A stretch of 64,000 nt of DNA from a virus, in IMG/VR virus record IMGVR_UViG_3300028588_000820; one strand, written 5' to 3'. The position numbers were made by a program, and so were the translations under genes. The notes below the pieces were generated by a model. It searched no databases. It saw only the letters and a program-made list of their open reading frames with translations, and was not told the origin of the DNA. The first letter of the stretch is position 1. Each line of letters starts with the position of its first letter. This document shows positions 1 to 7,913 of the stretch, in pieces.

Positions 1-1
1 G

Positions 2-403
2 GGATCGTCTGAGGAAGAGGAAGAAGCAACTGCTGTCGGCCTAGAAGAAAAGATCGTCATCAAGCATATCAATGACAATCAGCCGTTTGAAGGTAAGGTA
101 GATACTGGCGCTGATCGCTGCAGCCTACATGGCGAGAACATCGAAGTTGGTGAAAACTATGTTCGCTTCAGCATCGGTGAGACCCGTTACAAAGTGGCAC
201 TAGAACGATTCGTTACCGTGTTGGCTGCGAATGGTAGTGAGAAGCGACCAATCGTAAAGTTCAATGTAGAGTTCAACGGCAATAGCTTTGAGAACATCGA
301 ATTCAACATTTCCGATCGTTCCGATATGAAGTATCAGGTCATCATCGGTAAGAATCTTTTAGAGGTGGCCGGGGTTCTAGTTAACCCAACTCAGGAAAAA
401 TAA
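2..403 (+). CDS. Retropepsin-like aspartic protease (RimK-associated 'Zn_protease'-type), 5'-truncated by the window edge
   Basis: The frame is open from base 2 (the ORF track starts it at 194). It reads ...FEGKVDTGADRCSLH...SDRSDMKYQVIIGKNLL, with the catalytic DTG and the 'DRS.M.Y.++IG' motif typical of this family. Confidence 0.75.
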   Translation, partial: GSSEEEEEATAVGLEEKIVIKHINDNQPFEGKVDTGADRCSLHGENIEVGENYVRFSIGETRYKVALERFVTVLAANGSEKRPIVKFNVEFNGNSFENIEFNISDRSDMKYQVIIGKNLLEVAGVLVNPTQEK

Positions 404-415
404 TAGGACTGGATA

Positions 416-1177
416 ATGTACACACCCAATAACATTCGTTTTCGTATTGTTTCAAGCTGCGCTATCGCTCAGTTCAAACAGGATCAAGCATTTGATTTCA
501 ACGAACTGATCAATAACGACGCGTATTCGTTCTCTCCTGAGGCGAGAGAAACGCTGTTGCTCAATTATGAGCTATGGTTTAAATTCATTGGCCGCCTCGA
601 AAAGATGATGATCCGCACAATGCATTCAAACGACGCAATTGGCGAATTGGTTGTGGCAATGGATGCGTTGGCAAAGGATACGCTGACGGAGTTGCAGGAC
701 GTTATCCAAACACACCCTACGATTTTCAATACTGAGTCTCCGACTACTGCGTTGATCATGAAGGCACACCGTCCGTTCATCGAGCACATCTTCGACACCA
801 TCGGTAAATCACGCGACTTGAGCATGTACCTAGCATTTCCAAGGATCGTGAATGCAATCTCAAACTGCTTGCATAATCTGCTTTTCATCCTCCATGAGGT
901 TGAGAATTTGAAGAAGGCACAAGGCGAGAATTTCCTATCGATGACACAAGAGATATTTGAAATCTGGGGTGTGACTGGAGTTTGTCCTCTACAAACGAGA
1001 GCCGAACTATATAGTAAGGCATTCTCAGTGAATGAGTTCTTCATCAAGAACTACTCAGGCCGTCAGGTAGAACCGCTTTGCTTTGAGCTCATGGGACAAG
1101 TAGGAGTTACGATCAAAGGCATCAACGATCATGATAACTTCGACCACCACAATGCACATTGCGAAATTGCTGTGTAA
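416..1177 (+). CDS. Hypothetical protein (253 aa)
   Basis: Long ORF with an AGGA/GGA RBS upstream; no recognisable motif. Confidence 0.75.
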   Translation: MYTPNNIRFRIVSSCAIAQFKQDQAFDFNELINNDAYSFSPEARETLLLNYELWFKFIGRLEKMMIRTMHSNDAIGELVVAMDALAKDTLTELQDVIQTHPTIFNTESPTTALIMKAHRPFIEHIFDTIGKSRDLSMYLAFPRIVNAISNCLHNLLFILHEVENLKKAQGENFLSMTQEIFEIWGVTGVCPLQTRAELYSKAFSVNEFFIKNYSGRQVEPLCFELMGQVGVTIKGINDHDNFDHHNAHCEIAV

Positions 1178-1265
1178 ACTTGATGAAAAACCGGTAAAAT
1201 AATAAATACTAGCGATGTCCTCAGGGAAGTGGATGTCGGCAATATTTATGAACCGATGAGGTAAT

Positions 1266-1826
1266 ATGGAAGCGCTAGTAAAATTTTTAAGCGACCTTAT
1301 CAACACTCAAGGCGTATCGGGTACTTGGATTTCGGTATGCCTTGGAGTGTCTTCGATAGGTGTCCTAGTTTTCTATATCATCAAAAGCATAATGCTCTTG
1401 CAATCGCACTCCAAGGTGCCAGACGGGCTCGCAATGAAGGAAGACGTGAACTCTGTCAAGGTTGTTCTGCAAGACGACAATAAGTATATCCTGAAGATTT
1501 TGGAAGGCATTAACGAGCGTATTAAGCGTGATGTATATGAACGTTTGATTTCTCTTGAAGACGCCAACGACAATCTTCTCGAAATCTGTAGGCAACTTGA
1601 GGCTGAGATGGTGAAGGTCCAACTTCTTGCACATCAGTTGAAGAGCATGCAAGATGAAGAATCGAAAGCATCCACTGAAATTCTCCATGATGTTAATGGT
1701 CTCGTGACGGACACTAGGGTACAGCATAGCGAACTTGCTCGTCAGGTTCAAGCATTGCAGGTCGATCTAGCTTCACTTCACGGTACGTTGATTGGCTTGA
1801 ACACTCAACGCACAAGGTTGAAATAA
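1266..1826 (+). CDS. Membrane-anchored coiled-coil protein
   Basis: GAGGT RBS; one N-terminal hydrophobic helix (WISVCLGVSSIGVLVFYII) followed by a heptad-rich helical region; AATAAATA at 1201-1208. Confidence 0.7.
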   Translation: MEALVKFLSDLINTQGVSGTWISVCLGVSSIGVLVFYIIKSIMLLQSHSKVPDGLAMKEDVNSVKVVLQDDNKYILKILEGINERIKRDVYERLISLEDANDNLLEICRQLEAEMVKVQLLAHQLKSMQDEESKASTEILHDVNGLVTDTRVQHSELARQVQALQVDLASLHGTLIGLNTQRTRLK

Positions 1827-1832
1827 ACCCCT

Positions 1833-1863
1833 AAAGCTGAACCCTAAAAAGTTCAGCTTTTTT
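1833..1863 (+). terminator. Rho-independent terminator
   Basis: AAAGCTGAAC/GTTCAGCTTT stem followed by a T run. Confidence 0.75.
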
Positions 1864-1914
1864 GTTTCTGCAAAATGCATAAATATAAGAAAACAATAAC
1901 ATAAAGGTTTAACA

Positions 1915-2547
1915 ATGTCGAAGGCAAAATCCCCGTTTCTCGTGTATCAGGATTTCATGTCACCTAAAGCGTGCCAGGAGATTCTAGATATGGTGAAGGT
2001 CACTGCACCTAATAGGGATGCAGACGGCTACGCCACAAAGTTGGAACGCTTCCACAACGAAGCAGAAGACAAACTATTCGCTCGCCTCAAACCTCTGGTT
2101 CCAGAGATTGAAGAGCACTATGGCCTAAAGTACAAAGGCACCGAGCATCTAGTATTCCAACATTTCCCAGAAGGCATGAAAGGCCTTGCTGAAGCCCCTC
2201 ATTGCGAGAACTCACAGTACCTGCGTAAGAAGTGGGTCAAGGTCCGCGATCGCGACCTCACTGGTATCCTCTGGCTAAAAGATTACAACGACCAAGTACC
2301 GCTCGATCCAAAGATCGAAGTGTATGGTGGCAAGCTCGAGTTCCCGGCGTATAACTTCAGTCTGCAGCCACAGCGCGGCACATTGATGATCTACCCATCC
2401 GGTCCACACTTCATCACTGCTACGTCGCCGGTTCTAGTTGGTGATCTATACGCTGTCCGCTTCCACATCGCAGCCGACGGCACTTGGCTATATCAGCCAG
2501 CAGACTTTGCTGGATCGTGGCAGGAATGGTTCGAGGCGTACGCTTAA
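1915..2547 (+). CDS. 2OG-Fe(II) oxygenase (prolyl-4-hydroxylase-like) fold protein, possibly catalytically degenerate
   Basis: Motifs PHCEN, 'LTGILWLKD', 'YGGKLEFP' and 'PQRGTLMIYPS'; late-type CATAAATA at 1878-1885. Confidence 0.75.
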   Translation: MSKAKSPFLVYQDFMSPKACQEILDMVKVTAPNRDADGYATKLERFHNEAEDKLFARLKPLVPEIEEHYGLKYKGTEHLVFQHFPEGMKGLAEAPHCENSQYLRKKWVKVRDRDLTGILWLKDYNDQVPLDPKIEVYGGKLEFPAYNFSLQPQRGTLMIYPSGPHFITATSPVLVGDLYAVRFHIAADGTWLYQPADFAGSWQEWFEAYA

Positions 2548-2565
2548 AAATATTTTAGAAAAAAG

Positions 2566-2594
2566 TGTACATTTCCTAAAAGTTTGGATATTAT
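2566..2594 (+). promoter_or_regulatory. Early promoter TGTACA-N17-TATTAT
   Basis: Same architecture as five other copies in the window. Confidence 0.75.
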
Positions 2595-2644
2595 AGCTAC
2601 ATCGGAACACACTTCGTGATCCACAAACGAAAAGGAGATTCACC

Positions 2645-2971
2645 ATGTCGAAAGCCACCAACGCTACCTACAAGAACGCCAACGCTAACTTCAAGCTGCC
2701 AGTTCTGCTGAAGCGCCTGACCGAAGCCCTGACCGGCTGGAACTTCGAAGTGAAGAAAGTGGAAGTTCGTCGTGGTGAACTCGTCGTCGACTGCGCCTGC
2801 GAATTCAACCCGCCATGGAACGAGCCGCTGCGTGGTATGGTCTCGGCCAAGGAAAAGGTCGGTGTCCGCACCAACAAGTGGAAGCTGAGCCTGGCCCGTG
2901 GCCTGAGCAACACCGAAATCGCCGCGGTCAAGGAACATGTCACCAACCTGCTGAGCGGCAAAGCAGCGTAA
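2645..2971 (+). CDS. Hypothetical early protein
   Basis: AAGGAG RBS, early promoter upstream, GC-rich codons (11 of 12 Leu are CTG). Confidence 0.8.
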   Translation: MSKATNATYKNANANFKLPVLLKRLTEALTGWNFEVKKVEVRRGELVVDCACEFNPPWNEPLRGMVSAKEKVGVRTNKWKLSLARGLSNTEIAAVKEHVTNLLSGKAA

Positions 2972-2977
2972 TTTCAG

Positions 2978-3006
2978 TGTACAGAACTTAAAGTTCTAGT
3001 TAGAAT
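2978..3006 (+). promoter_or_regulatory. Early promoter TGTACA-GAACTTAAAGTTCTAGT-TAGAAT
   Basis: 17-nt spacer carrying the AGAACTT-A-AAGTTCT palindrome. Confidence 0.75.
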
Positions 3007-3038
3007 AGCTACATATTCAAACACACACTGGAGTTACC

Positions 3039-3443
3039 ATGCAAGCAGCAATCGCCATGATCGTCGCCGAGCGTCAAGTTAACATCGACGGTGAAAAGTT
3101 CACCGCAACAATTGACCGGTTCATCCCGTTAGTCAAGGACTTCGTTCCAACGCTCGACGACATCAAGGCGGCCTATATCGCAGACGACATCCTCGAGATG
3201 ACCGTCGTTGAAGGTGTCACCATCATTCATGACTGGTACTTCGTCAAAGCCTACGCCGCAAAGCTGGGTTGCGAGATGTTTGATGTGGAATATGCCGAGA
3301 CCGGTGCTGTGCTGAAACACTTCGCAGAACAAGTTGGTTGTTCGTATTACGCTGCACCAAAGGAAGATTTCTACATCTTCAAAGGTGTTGTGCTAGCTCA
3401 GACGGAAGGTAAGAAGTATGTCATTGTGGAAAATATGTCGTAA
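3039..3443 (+). CDS. Hypothetical early protein
   Basis: GGAG RBS, own promoter, ends at a bidirectional terminator. Confidence 0.75.
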   Translation: MQAAIAMIVAERQVNIDGEKFTATIDRFIPLVKDFVPTLDDIKAAYIADDILEMTVVEGVTIIHDWYFVKAYAAKLGCEMFDVEYAETGAVLKHFAEQVGCSYYAAPKEDFYIFKGVVLAQTEGKKYVIVENMS

Positions 3444-3459
3444 ACTTTTCCAACCAAAC

Positions 3460-3487
3460 AAAAAGGGAGCCAATGGCTCCCTTTTTT
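3460..3487. terminator. Bidirectional terminator
   Basis: AAAAAGGGAGCC-AAT-GGCTCCCTTTTTT between convergent genes. Confidence 0.85.
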
Positions 3488-3756
3488 CATGCAGCAATCA
3501 CCGTTGAACTTCCGCTGGCAGTGTGTCCACAAGAAGCCTTATCGCCTTCTCGACATACTGGATGTCCTTCAATAAAGACAGTTGAACTTCCTTCGACCAT
3601 TGTCGGTGGTGTAGGACCGTGTGGTGCTTTGCCATGAGGTTCGACTTGATCGCCAACCACAACGACATTAGCATTCTCAACAAAGACTGTTGAAATCTTC
3701 CCACCTAGTTCCTTACCACCAGCCGAATCCAAAGACTTACGAACAACGCCTGGCAT
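3487..3756 (-). CDS. PAAR-repeat spike tip protein (T4 gp5.4-like)
   Basis: PAAR pattern 'GD.V.PH...PH...GSSTVFIEGHPVCREGD...CGH...GSSTV'. Confidence 0.9.
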   Translation of the reverse strand: MPGVVRKSLDSAGGKELGGKISTVFVENANVVVVGDQVEPHGKAPHGPTPPTMVEGSSTVFIEGHPVCREGDKASCGHTASGSSTVIAA

Positions 3757-4001
3757 TAGTCGTCGTAGCCGTAGCCTTCGTCATCTTCGTCGTCGTCATC
3801 GGTTGAGTCGTCAACGTCATCGGCGTTGTCTTCGACATACTCTTGGATTTCGTCTAGAAGTTCCTTAGCACGTTCCCACATATCAGCCAGGTCTTCATCC
3901 TTGATCGATGACGCCTTGATGTAGCTCTGGATCGCGTAGCCCAGACCTTCTGATTCGATGATGCCAGCGATTTCGCTGATTGAGTGCTTTTGTTTTGCCA
4001 T
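3756..4001 (-). CDS. Small acidic hypothetical protein
   Basis: AAGGA RBS, Asp-rich C-terminus, TAATG coupling to the PAAR gene. Confidence 0.7.
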   Translation of the reverse strand: MAKQKHSISEIAGIIESEGLGYAIQSYIKASSIKDEDLADMWERAKELLDEIQEYVEDNADDVDDSTDDDDEDDEGYGYDD

Positions 4002-4080
4002 GATGTATCCTTATTATTGTTGTTATGCGGCAGTAGCATAGGTGAGTATTTTACCAATGCGTGGATATTTCAGGAGTTTC

Positions 4081-5748
4081 TTACAACAAATGTTGTGCCT
4101 TTTCGCATCGTGATAACCACCCTTTTAGGTACTTGCCGAACTTACTAGGGTTGCCATTTGCCAAGTCGTTGTAGTAGTTCTTCATCTCATTTATGTAGCG
4201 TTTTGCTGCTGCTTTGCAATCGGCCTCACTCATGCCTTTTGCTTTTGAGATTGCCGCGCTTAGACTCGATGCACCAACCGCGCCTTGCAACATTCTCGAT
4301 GCGGCTCCTGGACCAGGGTTCACGCATGCGTTGAAGTGAATCGCACATAACGGTGAAGGCAAATCCTGGCATTTGTTCTTTGTCCAGTACGTGGTTTGGT
4401 AAATGCTTTTAGCTCCATCAAGAGCCAATGATGTTACGTTAGTCGATGTGTTGAATTTCTTAGCTACACCATACTTCGTCTCACCGCCAGTGTCGGTCAC
4501 ATAGCCAACTTTGCGTCGTTGAGTGTATGTACCAATCAATCCCTGTTGAGTCTCTGGATCGTTTGGATTGAACCAAGGACCGACCTCTTCCTTCATCACG
4601 AAAGCGTAAGCGTCAGGCCAGCATTCGCCTGTTTTCTCGCTTGACGTATCCATCGGAGTCGATTCGCCCGGTCCAGGATTTCCTGGCTCTGGTTTGTATC
4701 CGTCGCACTTGTTATCCGCCATCGCTGGAGTGATAGCAACAGCTTTGCCGTTGTCCACCGTTTTCGCTGTTGCTGGGTTAGGAGTACTTGGGTCCGGATC
4801 AGCGCCAGAGTCAAGTGCTTGTCGAATCGTATCATCGTCAAAAGTAACTTGGCCGCTGATGAATGCTGCCGGATCGTAGACTGCTGCCGCTTTGTTACCA
4901 GAAGCGAACTCAGGGCTTCGAATCTCAAAGTGAAGGTGTGCACCACGAGAAACGCCTGTGTTGCCCTCGACCCCAATAAAGTCGCCAGCGGATACTTGCT
5001 GGCCAACCTTTACCGCGACAGATGATAGGTGGCCATAGACTGAAATGCAAACCTTTTTGCCAGCGGCATTCTTATGACCAATGTAAACCACGTTGCCATA
5101 GCCAGATGCTGATCCGTCTGACACTGCACGAATGACTTCACCAGTGGCAGCTGCACGAACGTTGCCAATCTTGCCACCCGGATAAGCCAAGTCGATGCCC
5201 TTGTGGGGACGACCACGTTTTGGATCAGACCAAATCTTGGTGCCATCTACAGATGCGGTACAACGACACGTAATAACTGACCCTGGCATTGGATGAATAA
5301 ACTTGATGCTATCATCATCGGATGCTTTTGAAGCAACTAACTGAAAAGCTTTTGAATCCATCGCTGCACCTTCTGCACCATATGCGGTGATTGTTGTTGA
5401 GTATTTACCTTCATAGCTGATCGTACCGGAGAACTTGCCAGTAGCCGAGTCAAAGGTCAAGCCAGGAATTGAAGTGCCGCTTTCCCAACGTGAGACGGTT
5501 GGTGAGCCGGGCGTCATTTCCATTTTGGTAGTGACCGAAAGGTCCGTACCGACTGGGATAGAAATATTTTGAATCTTACCTTTTTCCGGAGGGCCGCCAG
5601 CTAATTCTTGTTCGGCATTGCCGGCTCTAGCTAAATAGCCTTCGTCGCATTCGCCTGGTTGTTTGTATGTAGGCGAGGAGTAATTATCCTCGTTCAGCAC
5701 CCATGGATCACCCGGTGCAATTTTCTTGCCATTACCGCTGCAGCTCAT
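4081..5748 (-). CDS. Multidomain peptidoglycan hydrolase: Ig-like domain + M23 peptidase + GH108 lysozyme with PG-binding tail
   Basis: M23 motifs HKGID, YGHL and GNTG.S.GAHLHFE; GH108 motif GGETKYGV and C-terminal 'KYLKGWLSR'; He_PIG-like 'PGLTFDSATGKFSGT'. Confidence 0.85.
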   Translation of the reverse strand: MSCSGNGKKIAPGDPWVLNEDNYSSPTYKQPGECDEGYLARAGNAEQELAGGPPEKGKIQNISIPVGTDLSVTTKMEMTPGSPTVSRWESGTSIPGLTFDSATGKFSGTISYEGKYSTTITAYGAEGAAMDSKAFQLVASKASDDDSIKFIHPMPGSVITCRCTASVDGTKIWSDPKRGRPHKGIDLAYPGGKIGNVRAAATGEVIRAVSDGSASGYGNVVYIGHKNAAGKKVCISVYGHLSSVAVKVGQQVSAGDFIGVEGNTGVSRGAHLHFEIRSPEFASGNKAAAVYDPAAFISGQVTFDDDTIRQALDSGADPDPSTPNPATAKTVDNGKAVAITPAMADNKCDGYKPEPGNPGPGESTPMDTSSEKTGECWPDAYAFVMKEEVGPWFNPNDPETQQGLIGTYTQRRKVGYVTDTGGETKYGVAKKFNTSTNVTSLALDGAKSIYQTTYWTKNKCQDLPSPLCAIHFNACVNPGPGAASRMLQGAVGASSLSAAISKAKGMSEADCKAAAKRYINEMKNYYNDLANGNPSKFGKYLKGWLSRCEKAQHLL

Positions 5749-6044
5749 TTATCACCCGACTTTTTCTTTTGTTCGTCTTGAATCTTCTTCACTGTTCGGA
5801 GGTTTGATTCAAGAATGTTTGTACGACCTTCTGATCTTGCTAACCAGTCCGCTACGTCCTTTTGGGATGCTGCATTGAGGTCGATCGGCTGGACCTTCTC
5901 AGGAATCGCCAGGGCGTCCTCAGGGATCGGTGCCGCTACGTATTTGTATTGCACCACCACGCTAGGCTCAACTTTAGCAGGCGGCGTCGTACCACAGCCA
6001 GCCAACGCTAGTACTGTGGTGATAATCAGGAGAAACTTTTTCAT
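5745..6044 (-). CDS. Outer-membrane spanin (o-spanin) lipoprotein
   Basis: Signal peptide with lipobox LAGC, Pro-rich region, directly after the i-spanin candidate. Confidence 0.75.
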   Translation of the reverse strand: MKKFLLIITTVLALAGCGTTPPAKVEPSVVVQYKYVAAPIPEDALAIPEKVQPIDLNAASQKDVADWLARSEGRTNILESNLRTVKKIQDEQKKKSGDK

Positions 6045-6517
6045 TCTGCTTCCTCTCTATCTTTTTGAATCGTCGCAATCGTATCTTTGAGAACTTTGGC
6101 AAGTGGACCGTCATCTTCTGGCTTGGATTGCGCAATAGTTTCACGAATGGTGACGACTTTGGTGTGAATTACTTCCTTGACCTTCTTCAACTCTTCAATC
6201 TGATTTTTTGAATCTATCGCAGCAACAGATAGGTGTTCGATAGTCACTTGATTTTCTTCGTTGACGCTTACCGCAGCAGCAACATCAAGTTTGAGTTGAC
6301 TGTTCAATTTGTTTGCAGTATTCAACTTAGAAACAAGTGCGGTGTTCTGTTGTTTCAAATCGTCAAATGATTCTTTAACTTTCAGGCCACCGTATAAAGC
6401 AAATGCACATAGAAGGATTGCAATAGCTTGCTTTGGGTATTTGACGATGAAAGAGATAACTGATTTGAAACCAGAGATGATGGAATCACTAAGTGATTTT
6501 AGGAATAGGAAGTACAT
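6041..6517 (-). CDS. Inner-membrane spanin (i-spanin)
   Basis: Likely start ATG 6517 (AGAGG RBS, TATAAATA at 6541-6548); single TM helix followed by a coiled coil. Confidence 0.7.
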   Translation of the reverse strand: MYFLFLKSLSDSIISGFKSVISFIVKYPKQAIAILLCAFALYGGLKVKESFDDLKQQNTALVSKLNTANKLNSQLKLDVAAAVSVNEENQVTIEHLSVAAIDSKNQIEELKKVKEVIHTKVVTIRETIAQSKPEDDGPLAKVLKDTIATIQKDREEAE

Positions 6518-6585
6518 ACATGTGCCTCTTGTTTTTTGGATATTTATACAAAAATGGCCGGACAAAAGCCCGGCCATAATGCTAC

Positions 6586-6918
6586 TTACTTCTTAGGCTT
6601 TACTGTTGGCTTAGTGCCGCGGTTAAAGCCCGAGTCAACTGCGAAACCGGTAGTAAGGCCGGCGTAGATGACGGCGAACATGTTCATATCTGGAGTGATT
6701 AGGCCTGCGCCCAATGCACCAATGATTGCTGAACCTAGTGCGCCAAAGGTGAGGATGGTTGCACGAAGGTCGTCCTTACCAAACCATTCGTGAACTCTGG
6801 ATGTAGTTTCGTCTAATGCCCATTTTTTAGCATAGTGAGCCACCATGCCTATAACGCTTGACCCAACAAAAACTGCGTGGGTTGCGGTAAACATACCCGC
6901 TGTTAGAGCATCTGCCAT
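6586..6918 (-). CDS. Putative holin (small multi-TM protein)
   Basis: Two to three hydrophobic helices and a basic C-terminus; upstream of the spanins and hydrolase. Confidence 0.55.
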   Translation of the reverse strand: MADALTAGMFTATHAVFVGSSVIGMVAHYAKKWALDETTSRVHEWFGKDDLRATILTFGALGSAIIGALGAGLITPDMNMFAVIYAGLTTGFAVDSGFNRGTKPTVKPKK

Positions 6919-6929
6919 GTTAATTCTCC

Positions 6930-7892
6930 TTAGAAGTTAGTGTTTGTGGTAAAGACTGGGGTAGCAATACCAGTCAATACCGAAGCCGCTTTCGTAAATC
7001 CGAATGTGGCACTTGTTCCAGCTCTTACAGAGTCATAGAACGAGTTCGTGTGTTGGTCAGTCAAGAGAACACGAATCTTGACTGCTGTACCATTGCCACC
7101 ATTAACACCAGCAATCGAGAGTGCTGCCGCTTGGACAAGCACGTCATTTGCAGAGTAAGCACCAGCTGCGATGTTCGTTCCGTCAAGGACGTTTTGATAC
7201 GCGGCCGTTAAGTTGTAGTAGCCAATTGCTGCTGGCGTACCACCAGAACCTGAACGAGATGTCGATCGAGCACCGATCTTGATAGTACCTAGGGCACTTA
7301 ATACGTTCGTCCAAAATGTGTCTTGTGGTGATGCAGTGCTAGCATGAGCCATCACCAGGTTTATACTGCCGCCAGAGTTGAAGAAGAATCTTGCTGCATC
7401 TTCTGACGGAAATGCCGCGGTCACTTCACATGTGATGCCGCCAGTGCTTGTACCCCAAGCTGCGGTTCGTGATACCGACAAAGCGCTCGGGGTAACTGCC
7501 ATATTTGCAGCGGCAGCAACCAGACGATTTGCATCGATAGTACTCGCGTATGATGCAAGTACTGCATGAGCTGCGGTATTCACATTGGCTCCCGGAGTAA
7601 AGATCGAGGCGACCGGCAAAGTGGTTTGTGAAGTTCCTTGGTATGAACAAATCGCCGAGATTGCTGAACGTAAGTCAAGAAAATCTTGCGCTCTGATCGG
7701 GTTGCCAGCTGATACGCTATTCAGCGCTGGCGAAGTTTGTCCATATCCGCGATCGCCGTACCCAACACCGTATAGCGCAGCAACCTTAGCTGTTGCGGCA
7801 ATCGATGATGGGTATGCGGATGTTGCATTGATCGTACCAGCAATATCGTTGAAGTCAGATGCTAAGATATTGCTTCCAGATGTTATAGTCAT
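6930..7892 (-). CDS. Virion structural protein (fibre/baseplate-associated)
   Basis: Ala/Ser/Thr/Gly-rich, with 'YGVGYGDRGYGQ' and 'ARFFFNSGG' motifs as seen in jumbo myophage structural proteins. Confidence 0.6.
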   Translation of the reverse strand: MTITSGSNILASDFNDIAGTINATSAYPSSIAATAKVAALYGVGYGDRGYGQTSPALNSVSAGNPIRAQDFLDLRSAISAICSYQGTSQTTLPVASIFTPGANVNTAAHAVLASYASTIDANRLVAAAANMAVTPSALSVSRTAAWGTSTGGITCEVTAAFPSEDAARFFFNSGGSINLVMAHASTASPQDTFWTNVLSALGTIKIGARSTSRSGSGGTPAAIGYYNLTAAYQNVLDGTNIAAGAYSANDVLVQAAALSIAGVNGGNGTAVKIRVLLTDQHTNSFYDSVRAGTSATFGFTKAASVLTGIATPVFTTNTNF

Positions 7893-7913
7893 ATAGGTAT
7901 AGGCCTTTAAAAA

